Shown piece by piece: positions 20,087-28,330 of a stretch of 58,500 bases of DNA. Positions within the stretch are counted from its first letter, which is position 1, and every line of letters begins with the position of its first letter. The translations under genes were made by a program, and so were the position numbers. The notes under the pieces are model-generated. The model made no database searches, was not told the origin of the DNA, and was given only the letters and a program-made list of their open reading frames with translations. The DNA comes from Verrucomicrobiales bacterium (lineage in GTDB: Bacteria; Verrucomicrobiota; Verrucomicrobiia; Limisphaerales; F1-12-MAGs170): positions 1 through 58,500 of the forward strand of contig SXMN01000094.1 in NCBI GenBank assembly GCA_005777315.1, given 5' to 3'.

Positions 20087-20248
20087 CGGCAACTGAGGAG
20101 ACTGTGGGATAGTCTGCACACCTTGCCGGCGGCACAGGTTCATTTGCTTCATTGCTCTCTTGGACAGAGGCCGCTGCGGGCATCCTTCCGCATTCGCCCC
20201 TCGCATCTGCGGCACCCGCCATCTTTCGCAGCCTGGGCCACCGCAGCC

Positions 20249-21052
20249 TCAACAACCCGGCACTGGAATTTCGACGGTGCTTTTCGGTTTCACAAGTGGC
20301 GGCGGCTCAAATCCGAACGCTTTCAGGAATCTCTCGACTGGAGCTCTAATCCTTGTTTCGCGCCGCGTGAATGGATCGATGTAATTCAATCCCACAGCGC
20401 GAAGAGCCATCGGATACTCCAGCACTCCCTTTGCGCTCTTCGGGGGAAGTCCCGGGGCAGATCCGTACATCGGGTCTCCGACAATGGGGTGTCCGCTGGC
20501 TTGGAGATGCAGGCGAATTTGATGCGTCCGTCCGGTGAATGGGTGCGCCTCGACAAGTGTGTGTCCCGCTCGTGATTCGACGAGGCGAAACGACGTCTCT
20601 GCCTCCTTGCCCGTGCTTTCGTCCACTTTCATGCGCCCGATGCAGGCGGGGTCTGGGGCCAGATTCAACCGGATGGTCCACTCGGATTTCTTGGGCACGC
20701 CCCGCACGACAGCCAGGTACGTCTTCTCCATGCGGCGTGATTCAAACAGATCTCCGAAGGTGTTGACCCCGCCCGCGCTCTTGGCGAGCAAAAGTACGCC
20801 TGTCGTTTCCGCATCAAGGCGGTGCACGTTCCGGAGAAATTTCAGATTCCTTGAACGGGCCCAAAAATCACGAGCCTCCAGGGAGGATGCGATGGCGGCC
20901 GCGAGATTGCGGTCCGTTCGCTGCCAGTCGAACGGCACGAGCATCCACCAGGCGGGCTTGTCGATGGCCATGACGGAACGATCTTCATAAACTATTGGGA
21001 TACGCGTCAGCGAGCGGTCGCCGCGCAATTCAATGTAATCAAGTTTTGCCAA
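20249..21052 (-). CDS. RluA-family pseudouridine synthase
   Basis: IDKP, VHRLDAETTG (catalytic Asp), TGRTHQIRLH, GHPIVGDPMYG. Confidence 0.94.
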   Translation of the reverse strand: MAKLDYIELRGDRSLTRIPIVYEDRSVMAIDKPAWWMLVPFDWQRTDRNLAAAIASSLEARDFWARSRNLKFLRNVHRLDAETTGVLLLAKSAGGVNTFGDLFESRRMEKTYLAVVRGVPKKSEWTIRLNLAPDPACIGRMKVDESTGKEAETSFRLVESRAGHTLVEAHPFTGRTHQIRLHLQASGHPIVGDPMYGSAPGLPPKSAKGVLEYPMALRAVGLNYIDPFTRRETRIRAPVERFLKAFGFEPPPLVKPKSTVEIPVPGC

Positions 21053-21086
21053 AGGAATTGTCTCCAGGGTTTGAAATGCAAAGCGG

Positions 21087-21533
21087 TCAGTAAGCGGGTC
21101 TCGGCAGGGTTTGCCAGCGTAGCACCTTTCCGCCCGAGAAGACGACCTCCGCTTTCACGTAATCATGTATGTCGTGATAAGGGACCGGAGTGGCATGGCG
21201 AAAGTATCCGCGCGCATGCCCCCGGCCTCCGGAGCGCCAGTACCAATCACTGTGAAGCTCGCTCCCTTGATACAGCCAGGTTGTAAATCTGCCGGTCTCG
21301 TTTTGCTGTTCGAGAATCTGGACAGGCTTTCCCCAGGAAAGGAACACCGCATCCTCACTCATCCCGGTTTGGATCTGCCCCGTGTCCACCAGCCGGCGCT
21401 CTTCTTCAGACAATGCGGCGTATGCCGACCATCGTTCCTGCTTCCGGGTCTCCAGGGTGGAAGTTGCGCAACCTGATAAAATGCCGACAACAACCAACAA
21501 GCATCCAACCGCTGCCGCCCACCGAACCAGCAT
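21087..21533 (-). CDS. Lipoprotein (SmpA/BamE-like motif)
   Basis: Lipobox LSGC; IQTGMSEDAVFLSWGKP...WLY pattern; start trimmed to the ATG before the signal peptide. Confidence 0.75.
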   Translation of the reverse strand: MLVRWAAAVGCLLVVVGILSGCATSTLETRKQERWSAYAALSEEERRLVDTGQIQTGMSEDAVFLSWGKPVQILEQQNETGRFTTWLYQGSELHSDWYWRSGGRGHARGYFRHATPVPYHDIHDYVKAEVVFSGGKVLRWQTLPRPAY

Positions 21534-21549
21534 GAATGCTCCGATGGCC

Positions 21550-21753
21550 GGTTCATGAAAAACTTCCCTGCTCAAGGCCGATGCATTGGGGCCATGAACC
21601 TCAGTGACATCGGTGCACGCCTGGGGTTCAGCACAGGGTTTTGGAGGACACAGAGGCTTGGCAAGGAAGCAAGTCGGTTCTTCCCTGTGTTCTTCAAGTC
21701 TTTGTGCTGAAACTGGCGTTTCCTGACAGGTGAGACCGGCAGGTCCGGCCTCC
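21550..21753. repeat. Cluster of three palindromic elements
   Basis: GGTTCATG...CATGAACC (21550-21600), TTCAGCACAGGG...ACACAG / CTGTGT...CTTTGTGCTGAA (~21627-21711), GAGACCGG-CAGGT-CCGGCCTC (~21732-21752). Confidence 0.65.
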
Positions 21754-21964
21754 GGGACGCGATCAGACACTTCGCCTCGGCTTCTGGCGTAACGATGCTG
21801 CTGCTGATAAAGCTCGAAATGGAGTCCACTCATGTCTTCGGTCGAACACGTTTCTACACGCACCTTGCCCCCAAAGAAAGAATTCTCATTCGAGACTTCG
21901 CGGTGACGTCGTCATGGGCGGATGATTTGACGCAGCCGGAGGCGCTTGCCACAGTCTCCGCCCC

Positions 21965-22423
21965 ATGGCGCATATCCATTTTGCAATCGATTTCACTGTC
22001 GCAATCTTTGTCGTTCAGAACGGCAGAGTGTTGCTGATTCTTCATCGCAAGCTTGGAAAATGGCTGCCCCTCGGCGGACACATCGAGTTGGATGAAGATC
22101 CGGAAATCGCGGCTGTGCGAGAAGCGAAGGAAGAAAGCGGCCTCGATGTCGAATTGATCGGCGAGCGGCCTCCCACCACCGAGCCAGGCACGCGCGCCCT
22201 TATCGCGCCGAGGTTTTTGGACATTCACCGCATCACCCCGAGCCATGAACACATCGGGATGATCTATTTCGCCCGGCCCAAGGGAGGTCAACTCTCGCTC
22301 GCTGAGGAGGAACACCATGACATCCGCTGGTGCTTGCCAGATGAACTCAATCAGCTCGACCCTCCATTGAGCAACGCGGTGAAATGGTATTGCCTGAAGG
22401 CGATCGAGGAGATCGAGAGCTGA
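21965..22423 (+). CDS. NUDIX hydrolase
   Basis: WLPLGGHIELDEDPEIAAVREAKEESG Nudix box. Confidence 0.93.
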   Translation: MAHIHFAIDFTVAIFVVQNGRVLLILHRKLGKWLPLGGHIELDEDPEIAAVREAKEESGLDVELIGERPPTTEPGTRALIAPRFLDIHRITPSHEHIGMIYFARPKGGQLSLAEEEHHDIRWCLPDELNQLDPPLSNAVKWYCLKAIEEIES

Positions 22424-22448
22424 AGCGTACGAGCAAACCGCCTTCCTC

Positions 22449-23672
22449 ATGACACACCGCCAACTAAAAACAGGCTATCTTATCATCCAGTGGCTGAATT
22501 CAATCAGTACGGCGTTCTATGGCTATTACCTGTTCTTTCTGCTGGCGCGTCAACATGGGTTTGGCAATTTTGGCAACCTCTGCGTCTCGGCCACCTTCGG
22601 ATTCGTTTACATATTCTCATCCTTGCACGGCGGAAAGTACGGGCAACGTCACGGCTACTTCAACGCGCTGCTAACCGGCTTCATCGGGATGATCATCTCC
22701 ATGATCGGCGGATATTTCACCACTTCACCCGCAGGACAAATCGGCTGGATGATGTTATGGACCTTTAGCGTGTGCTTCACCTGGCCATCCCTGGAGGCTC
22801 TGGTGAGCGAAGGTGAAAGTCCGCTTGGCGTGCAGCGAATGGTCGGCATTTACAATCTCACCTGGTCGAGTGCAGGCGCGCTGGCATACTTCAGCGGTGG
22901 AGCCCTCGTGGAATGGCTGGGAATGCGGAGCATCTTCTGGCTGCCCGCCATGGTGCATTTCGTCCAGATCGGTTTATTGCTCTGGCTGCGAGAGAAGGCT
23001 GAGGATGTTGTCCCCTCGAAATCACCTCCCATTCCGGCTGGCAACGCCGGCGCGCGCATCGAACTGACTCCACGTCCTATTGCCCGCTCAAAGATGTTTC
23101 TCCGCATGGCGTGGACCGCAAATCCCTTCGCCTACGTGGCAATCAACACTCTGGCTGCGGTCATCCCGGGTTTGGCGGGAGAACTGCATCTCACGCCAAT
23201 GTTCGCGGGCTTCGTTTGTTCGATCTGGTTTTTTGCGCGATGGTTCACCTTTCTGGCGCTGTGGCTCTGGCCCGGCTGGCATTACCGGGCGCGATGGTTC
23301 TTCGCTGCGTTTGTCCTGTTGATCAGCTCGTTTGCGTCGATCCTGCTGGTTCCCAGTCTGGCTGTGATCATCATCGCGCAGGTGGGGTTTGGTGTCGCTG
23401 TCGGCCTGATCTACTACGCTTCGCTCTTCTATTCGATGGATGTTGGCGAAGCGAAAGGAGAGCAGGGAGGAATTCACGAGGCAGCCATCGGGCTCGGTAT
23501 TTTTCTTGGGCCTGCCGTTGGTGCGGGCGCGCTCAAGGTTTTCCCATCATCACCCCACAGCAGCACCATTGCTGTCTGCGTCTTGCTCTGCGTAGGGCTG
23601 GCGCTGCTTGCAGGGACGTACCTTCGTGGAAACCGGCGTCCGGCGGCGATCGATTCAATTCCGGAACGCTGA
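22449..23672 (+). CDS. MFS transporter
   Basis: About 12 hydrophobic segments in two halves over 407 aa. Confidence 0.85.
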   Translation: MTHRQLKTGYLIIQWLNSISTAFYGYYLFFLLARQHGFGNFGNLCVSATFGFVYIFSSLHGGKYGQRHGYFNALLTGFIGMIISMIGGYFTTSPAGQIGWMMLWTFSVCFTWPSLEALVSEGESPLGVQRMVGIYNLTWSSAGALAYFSGGALVEWLGMRSIFWLPAMVHFVQIGLLLWLREKAEDVVPSKSPPIPAGNAGARIELTPRPIARSKMFLRMAWTANPFAYVAINTLAAVIPGLAGELHLTPMFAGFVCSIWFFARWFTFLALWLWPGWHYRARWFFAAFVLLISSFASILLVPSLAVIIIAQVGFGVAVGLIYYASLFYSMDVGEAKGEQGGIHEAAIGLGIFLGPAVGAGALKVFPSSPHSSTIAVCVLLCVGLALLAGTYLRGNRRPAAIDSIPER

Positions 23673-23754
23673 CCCAGTTTCAACCGCCTCGGTGCCTTGC
23701 GGAGCCTTCAGAGAATCGTTGAATCACGGGAGCATTCACCTCATCGTCCATCGA

Positions 23755-25164
23755 GTGAGTGAATCGAACAAAGCGGACTTCGATGTTGCCATTATCGGAG
23801 GAGGCAGCGGTGGCTATGCCGCGGCAAGGACTTCGGCTTTGAATGGACTGAAGACGGCCGTCATTGAAGGAGGCGATGACGTCGGCGGGTTATGCATTCT
23901 TCGCGGCTGCATGCCGACCAAGGCTTTGCTTTACGCCACGGATGTCCTCCATCTTGCGCGCAACGCGGCGACATGGGGAGTTCAGACAGGGCAAGTGTCG
24001 TTCAATCTTGCGGCGATCATGGCGCGAAAAGACAGACTCATTCGCGAATTCGCCGATTATCGCCGCGGCCAGTTGACTTCAGGCAAGTTCGCTTTCTTTC
24101 GTGCGAATGCCCGTTTCGTGGATGCGCGCAAACTGGCGTTGAGCGATGGGACAGTTCTCAGCGCGGATCATTTCGTCATCAGCACCGGATCGATCACTGC
24201 CACTCCTCCCGTGCCTGGCATGGACACGACCGACTGCATCACCAGCGATGATGCGCTGAAGATGACGTCGCTTCCTCGATCGCTCGTCATCCTTGGAGGA
24301 GGCGCTGTTGCGATGGAATTTGCGCAATTCTTTGCGCGGTTGAACGTCGAAGTAACCCTGATTCAGCGGAGCCACCAGGTTCTGCGTGATTTCGATGAGG
24401 ATGCGGCGCGCGAAATCGAACATGTATTCGTGCGCGAGGGAATCACACTCCACCTTGGCACCCAGTTGAGGAATGTCGCCACCGACGGCGCTTCAAAAGT
24501 CGTTGAGTTCACCAAGGACGGCGCGCCAATTCGCGTTGTTGCGGACGAGATCTTCAACGGCCTCGGACGATCACCCAACACGGCGAAGCTGAACCTGGAA
24601 AACGCTGGCGTCTCAACCGAGCGCGGCCGGATTGTGACCAACAGCCACATGCGGACTTCGGCGCCTCACATCTATGCGGCGGGAGATTGTACCGGGCCGC
24701 ACGAGATCGTCCACATTGCGATCCAGCAAGGAGAAATCGCCGCGCACAATATCGCCCATCCCACGTCTCCTCGGAGCATTGATTATCGCTTGCTGACCAG
24801 CATCGTTTTCACGGATCCGCAAGTCGCCTCGGCAGGCTTGACTGAGAAGGAGGCGCGGAACAGGGGAATCCCCTATTTGACTGCAAAACATCGCTTCGAT
24901 GATCACGGCAAATCGCTCATCATGGAGGCTCGCGAAGGATTTGTGAAATTGCTCGCTGATCCGGTCAGCGGTGAGATCATTGGAGGCAGCATCGTCGGTC
25001 CGATGGGTGGTGAACTTCTTCACGAAATCATCGCCGCGATGAACAAACACACAACCGTTCACGAACTGGCTTCGATGCCTCATTATCATCCCACGCTCGC
25101 GGAGATCTGGACTTATCCGGCAGAAGAACTCGCGTCACAAATCAACAAGCCCGTTGCTCAATGA
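23755..25164 (+). CDS. Pyridine nucleotide-disulfide oxidoreductase (dihydrolipoamide dehydrogenase/mercuric reductase family)
   Basis: GGGSGG FAD loop, GGLCILRGCMPTK redox disulfide, IYAAGD, HPTLAE. Confidence 0.93.
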   Translation: MSESNKADFDVAIIGGGSGGYAAARTSALNGLKTAVIEGGDDVGGLCILRGCMPTKALLYATDVLHLARNAATWGVQTGQVSFNLAAIMARKDRLIREFADYRRGQLTSGKFAFFRANARFVDARKLALSDGTVLSADHFVISTGSITATPPVPGMDTTDCITSDDALKMTSLPRSLVILGGGAVAMEFAQFFARLNVEVTLIQRSHQVLRDFDEDAAREIEHVFVREGITLHLGTQLRNVATDGASKVVEFTKDGAPIRVVADEIFNGLGRSPNTAKLNLENAGVSTERGRIVTNSHMRTSAPHIYAAGDCTGPHEIVHIAIQQGEIAAHNIAHPTSPRSIDYRLLTSIVFTDPQVASAGLTEKEARNRGIPYLTAKHRFDDHGKSLIMEAREGFVKLLADPVSGEIIGGSIVGPMGGELLHEIIAAMNKHTTVHELASMPHYHPTLAEIWTYPAEELASQINKPVAQ

Positions 25165-25742
25165 AATTCTTCCCATTCCTTGTGTCCTGCGTCGCCGCCT
25201 CAGCGGCCTTGCTCACCGCCAGTTGCCGGACTACCGTCAGCCAGACTGCGACGTCAGAGCTCAAGGGTGCTCAACTCAACCCGAAGTCGGCGATGTACGT
25301 CGGCATTCCCGCCGACGCCCCAGGGAGGAAGGGGCCCGTTTTGAATTCCGGCCAAAAGGCGGCAGAGCTCATTCGCGATGCCTTCGGCAAATGTGCCCGC
25401 CAAGCATGGATTGGCCGCAGGATGGAAGTCTTCGATGATGCGCTTGAGACTGCGCGCAATATCCGGGCTCATTACCTGGTTTATCCAACCTTGATTCGAT
25501 GGGAAGACAGGGCAACCGAATGGAACGGCCTGCCCGACAAGGCGGAGATCAAGATTCAGATCGCCGACTGTGCCACTGGAGACATAATCCATTCATCGAT
25601 CTTGAAGGCCACCGGCCCCAACATGAGTTCCGGGGATGAAACCCCGGCAGAAATTCTCGTTGAGCCTGTTGCGAAATACGCTGCCTCCGTTTTCCAAAAG
25701 ACCCACACGCCCACGGCGCTTCCTAAATCGGCCTTCCCGTAA
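25161..25742 (+). CDS. Lipoprotein, DUF4823-like
   Basis: Lipobox TASC; YPTLIRWEDRATEWNGLPD motif. Confidence 0.75.
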   Translation: MKFFPFLVSCVAASAALLTASCRTTVSQTATSELKGAQLNPKSAMYVGIPADAPGRKGPVLNSGQKAAELIRDAFGKCARQAWIGRRMEVFDDALETARNIRAHYLVYPTLIRWEDRATEWNGLPDKAEIKIQIADCATGDIIHSSILKATGPNMSSGDETPAEILVEPVAKYAASVFQKTHTPTALPKSAFP

Positions 25743-25834
25743 AGGATCCTCAACAGTGTTTCAGGACTTTTCTCAAATGACATCACTGGCGATCATTGAG
25801 GAAATCGGTTCTCCGCTGTTTTCGGCTAGAGATG

Positions 25835-25893
25835 GACACCGCGCTCCAGCAGTACAGCTGGAAAGAAAGCACGAGACTATCGGCCCGTTCATG
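25835..25893 (+). repeat. Inter-module repeat, copy 1 (3' part)
   Basis: GACAC...TACAGCTGGAAAGAAAGCACGAGACTATCGGCCCGTTCATG aligns with the 3' end of the copy at 27151-27297. Confidence 0.75.
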
Positions 25894-25929
25894 TTTTCCA
25901 CCCCAGCCCCCTGGCATTGAGTCACGCGC

Positions 25930-26135
25930 TTACAAATCCGATTCCACCAGCCCGGCAATTTTCATCTGGTGTTTGAGCAGTCAATTTTCAACGGGCGATT
26001 GCCGTGAACCGGAATTACAATCCGTTCCTGATGACCTTCGTTGGTGAAAATGTGATGGCTGCCGTTGATACGTTTGAGAATCTAGCCGCGCTTTTGGATG
26101 ACGTGGATGAACTCTCTGCCGGAAACTTGTTTCAC
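25930..26135 (-). pseudogene. hicA: HicA toxin pseudogene
   Basis: Reads VKQVSGREFIHVIQKRG*ILKRINGSHHIF...IVIPVHGNRPLKI, then a frameshift to LLKHQMKIAGLVESDL*. The GSH motif is intact; TAG at 26082-26084. Confidence 0.85.
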
Positions 26136-26335
26136 ACCGTCAACTCCAACACTTCGTCGCTGGGATTGGTTTCCCTCGTCTCGTCACCGACAGAAAGTCA
26201 GAGGCCGATTGCTTCGTGTAGATTGGCTTTCGATTCGGCGAGGGTCTCGCCCTGCGTCAGGCAACCCGGCAACGCTCGAACTTCCGCCCAGTAACCGCCC
26301 TCTTCCGCCTTGTGAACAAAGGCTTTCAGCGTCAT
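26132..26335 (-). pseudogene. hicB: HicB antitoxin with premature stop
   Basis: MTLKAFVHKAEEGGYWAEVRALPGCLTQGETLAESKANLHEAIGL*LSVGDETRETNPSDEVLELTV*; internal TGA at 26198-26200; the final stop overlaps the hicA GTG (GTGA). Confidence 0.85.
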
Positions 26336-26341
26336 GGGATT

Positions 26342-26370
26342 TTTATGCGCCGAACTCGCCTGACTCTCAA
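26342..26370 (-). promoter_or_regulatory. Putative sigma70 promoter of hicBA (leaderless)
   Basis: TTGAGA-17 nt-CATAAA, 6 nt before the ATG. Confidence 0.45.
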
Positions 26371-26393
26371 GCCATGCGTTTTTGAGATTGGCT

Positions 26394-26480
26394 CTGACCT
26401 CCGTCTTCCGCTTTCTGCCTTCGGCCTTTGAAACCAGCGGGAGCACCGGCGGCGGATTGAAGGATGAGTGTGATCGGGAC
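26394..26480 (+). repeat. Heptamer tract plus inter-module repeat, copy 2 (5' part)
   Basis: CTGACCT CCGTCTT CCGCTTT CTGCCTT CGGCCTT, then TGAAACCAGCGGGAGCACCGGCGGCGGATTGAAGGATGAG. Confidence 0.8.
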
Positions 26481-26540
26481 AAGGCGCAGTCCGGCGTGGG
26501 ATCGCAGGCAAGTTCCGGAGGCGAGCGAAGTTCGGAACTG

Positions 26541-26801
26541 TTACGCAGCCAGCTCGCGTGAGCGGGGGAAGCGCCCGCACACCGCGTCGTCCACCCAGAT
26601 ATCCTCATCGAGTTCTTCCCATCGCAACGCCAACCCATGCAGCCTGAGCGTGACCTTTTCGAGTTGGGCCGGAGAGGCGTTGGCGAGCAAGGGGTACTTG
26701 CTTGCGGGGAAACTCACCTGACGTTGGTCAGCCAGTTCCAACCAGATGCGGCGATCCTGGACCCAACAACGCACGGCGGCAGTTTCTTTCTCAGTTTCCA
26801 T
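26541..26801 (-). CDS. DUF2442 family protein (putative antitoxin)
   Basis: IWLELADQRQVSFPASKYPLLANASPAQL...LRWEELDEDI; overlaps the DUF4160 gene end. Confidence 0.88.
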   Translation of the reverse strand: METEKETAAVRCWVQDRRIWLELADQRQVSFPASKYPLLANASPAQLEKVTLRLHGLALRWEELDEDIWVDDAVCGRFPRSRELAA

Positions 26802-27027
26802 GGCGCTCAATATAGGCGGCAATCAACGCTGAGCAATGCTCTTCCACGAGCCGCTGGATGCGGGTTAACTCAGCGCTCGCAAACCCGCGATTGGCCGCCA
26901 TTGCGACCGGGCGCAGCCAGAACTTGGCTTCCATGTCCTCGCGGGTCACGTGAATGTGCGGCGGCTCATTCCCCTCGCGGCTATAAAAGTGGAAGCGATA
27001 CGGGCCAATGCGCAACACGGTGGGCAT
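26791..27027 (-). CDS. DUF4160 family protein (putative toxin)
   Basis: MPTVLRIGPYRFHFYSREGNEPPHIHV...EAKFWL. Confidence 0.92.
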   Translation of the reverse strand: MPTVLRIGPYRFHFYSREGNEPPHIHVTREDMEAKFWLRPVAMAANRGFASAELTRIQRLVEEHCSALIAAYIERHGN

Positions 27028-27034
27028 GGCTTGA

Positions 27035-27063
27035 AGTGTGAGTAACGGATTTTCCAGTGTCAA
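27035..27063 (-). promoter_or_regulatory. Putative sigma70 promoter of DUF4160/DUF2442 (leaderless)
   Basis: TTGACA-17 nt-CACACT, 7 nt before the ATG. Confidence 0.55.
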
Positions 27064-27120
27064 CGCCCCCGCCGGAGCGCTGGCGGAGCGCGAAGCACGA
27101 TGTCTTGAGCAGTTTTCAAA

Positions 27121-27306
27121 TGACTTCCGACCTCTCGCCGCTGACTTCAGCCTTTGAAACCAGCGGGAGCGCTGGCGGTGGCTTGATGGCAGAGCGCGTC
27201 AGGGCTTGGCAGCAAACAGAGGAATTTCCGACTGCGGCTCGACACAGCATCGGCGATACAGTGGGAAACAAAGCACGAAACTATTGACCCGTTCATGACC
27301 CGTTCA
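27121..27306 (+). repeat. Heptamer tract plus inter-module repeat, copy 3 (full length)
   Basis: CCTTTGAAACCAGCGGGAG (27151)...AGCACGAAACTATTGAC (27288), ending in tandem TGACCCGTTCA x2. Confidence 0.85.
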
Positions 27307-27335
27307 CGGCGGTGGGCATCATGCCGCATTAACAC

Positions 27336-27364
27336 TTGCCGGTGCGTGACGGCAAATTTAGATT
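27336..27364 (+). promoter_or_regulatory. Putative sigma70 promoter of the addiction module (leaderless)
   Basis: TTGCCG-17 nt-TAGATT, 6 nt before the ATG. Confidence 0.55.
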
Positions 27365-27370
27365 CCAGCC

Positions 27371-27604
27371 ATGAGCAAAGCTAAGATTTTGCACGAATTG
27401 CCCAAGTTGGGATTGCAAGAGCGGCGCGAGATTTTTGAGCGCATCGGCGAACTGGAAGACCAGGACCTGCTCAAAGGCGGCGAACCCACGCCTGCGGACA
27501 AAGCGCTGCTTGACCGCGAATTGGAGGAATATCAGCGGAATCCTGATGCCGGTTCGACGTGGCCGGAAGTTGAATCCCGTCTCCGTAAACCAAGTCGCCC
27601 GTGA
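27371..27604 (+). CDS. Addiction module antidote protein
   Basis: LPKLGLQERREI...LLDRELEEYQRNPDAGSTWPEVESRL pattern; GTGA overlap with the toxin gene. Confidence 0.88.
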   Translation: MSKAKILHELPKLGLQERREIFERIGELEDQDLLKGGEPTPADKALLDRELEEYQRNPDAGSTWPEVESRLRKPSRP

Positions 27605-27894
27605 GTTGGCGGGTCATCATTCGGCCCAATGCCGAAGCAGACGCGCGCGAAGCCCGGCTATGGTATGAATCCCAGCGGACGGGATTGGGTGATGAACTGC
27701 TGGAGGAAATCCGGCACGCCATTCGTGTCCTGGAGGAACACCCGGACCGCCGCCCGATTTACTATCGCGGCTTTCGTCGTTTGCTCACCCGCCGTTTTCC
27801 CTACAAACTTTTCTACCGCATCGAAGGCGACCGCGTCGTTGTCTTTCGCATCCTGCACGCCAAACGGGATCATGAGTGGCAATTGGGCGATTGA
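27601..27894 (+). CDS. RelE/ParE family toxin
   Basis: AEADAREARLWYESQRTGLG, RRFPYKLFY, VVVFRILHAKR. Confidence 0.92.
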   Translation: MSWRVIIRPNAEADAREARLWYESQRTGLGDELLEEIRHAIRVLEEHPDRRPIYYRGFRRLLTRRFPYKLFYRIEGDRVVVFRILHAKRDHEWQLGD

Positions 27895-27966
27895 TTCGTC
27901 GCATCGGCGGACGATGCGGAGTCGCCGATGAACCCCGTAGGAGGCGAAGGCAACGAGGCTCAATAA

Positions 27967-28157
27967 TTTCTGCTTTCTGCTTTCTCTTTTTCGCTTTCTG
28001 CCTGCGGCCCTTGAAACCAGCGGGAGTACCGGCGACAACTTGGAAGTTGAGTGCATCAAGGCAATTCACCAAGCAGTGGAGATTTCGACCGCGGCTCAAC
28101 ACGCCGGCGGCGGTAAAGTCGGAACTTTAGCACGAAACTATTGACTGACCCGCTCAC
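27967..28157 (+). repeat. Heptamer tract plus inter-module repeat, copy 4 (full length)
   Basis: CTGCTTT heptamers, then CCCTTGAAACCAGCGGGAG (28008)...AGCACGAAACTATTGAC (28145) TGACCCGCTCAC; ungapped alignment with copy 3. Confidence 0.85.
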
Positions 28158-28188
28158 GAGGATTTTGGAGTGCGGAATTCCGCGCCCT

Positions 28189-28300
28189 CCGACCTCTGAC
28201 TTCTGCCCTCTGGCCTTCAACCTTTCATCCTCCGCAGAACTATTTTGGAGAACGGCCTGCCTGCCGCTTTCAGCCTTCGGCCTTTGAAATACCAGGAGTG
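28189..28300 (+). repeat. Heptamer tracts plus truncated repeat start, copy 5
   Basis: CCGACCT CTGACTT CTGCCCT..., then CCGCTTT CAGCCTT CGGCCTT TGAAA. Confidence 0.65.
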
Positions 28301-28330
28301 TTCGCTGAGAGTTTTGAAATCCTTTCCACA

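Noticed and set aside
21534-21863. 110-aa N-terminal extension of the lipoprotein ORF
   Set aside because: It runs through palindromic repeats, and the signal peptide and lipobox begin at the ATG at 21533.
26198-26200. Selenocysteine or programmed readthrough of the hicB TGA
   Set aside because: The partner hicA also has a stop and a frameshift, so decay is simpler; no evident SECIS-like hairpin.
27057-27335. Short ORFs across the repeat (27057-27287 +, 27147-27335 -) as genes
   Set aside because: Equivalent frames in other copies have stops or unrelated residues and no conserved start; treated as non-coding, although a decayed gene tail is not excluded.
25835-28300. CRISPR array interpretation of the recurring TTGAAAC-containing repeat
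   Set aside because: Copies are ~140 bp, degenerate, hundreds of bases apart and separated by whole genes; no cas genes in the window.
25835-28300. Classical integron attC sites
   Set aside because: No RYYYAAC...GTTRRRY box pairs or long palindrome found in the repeat, and no intI nearby.
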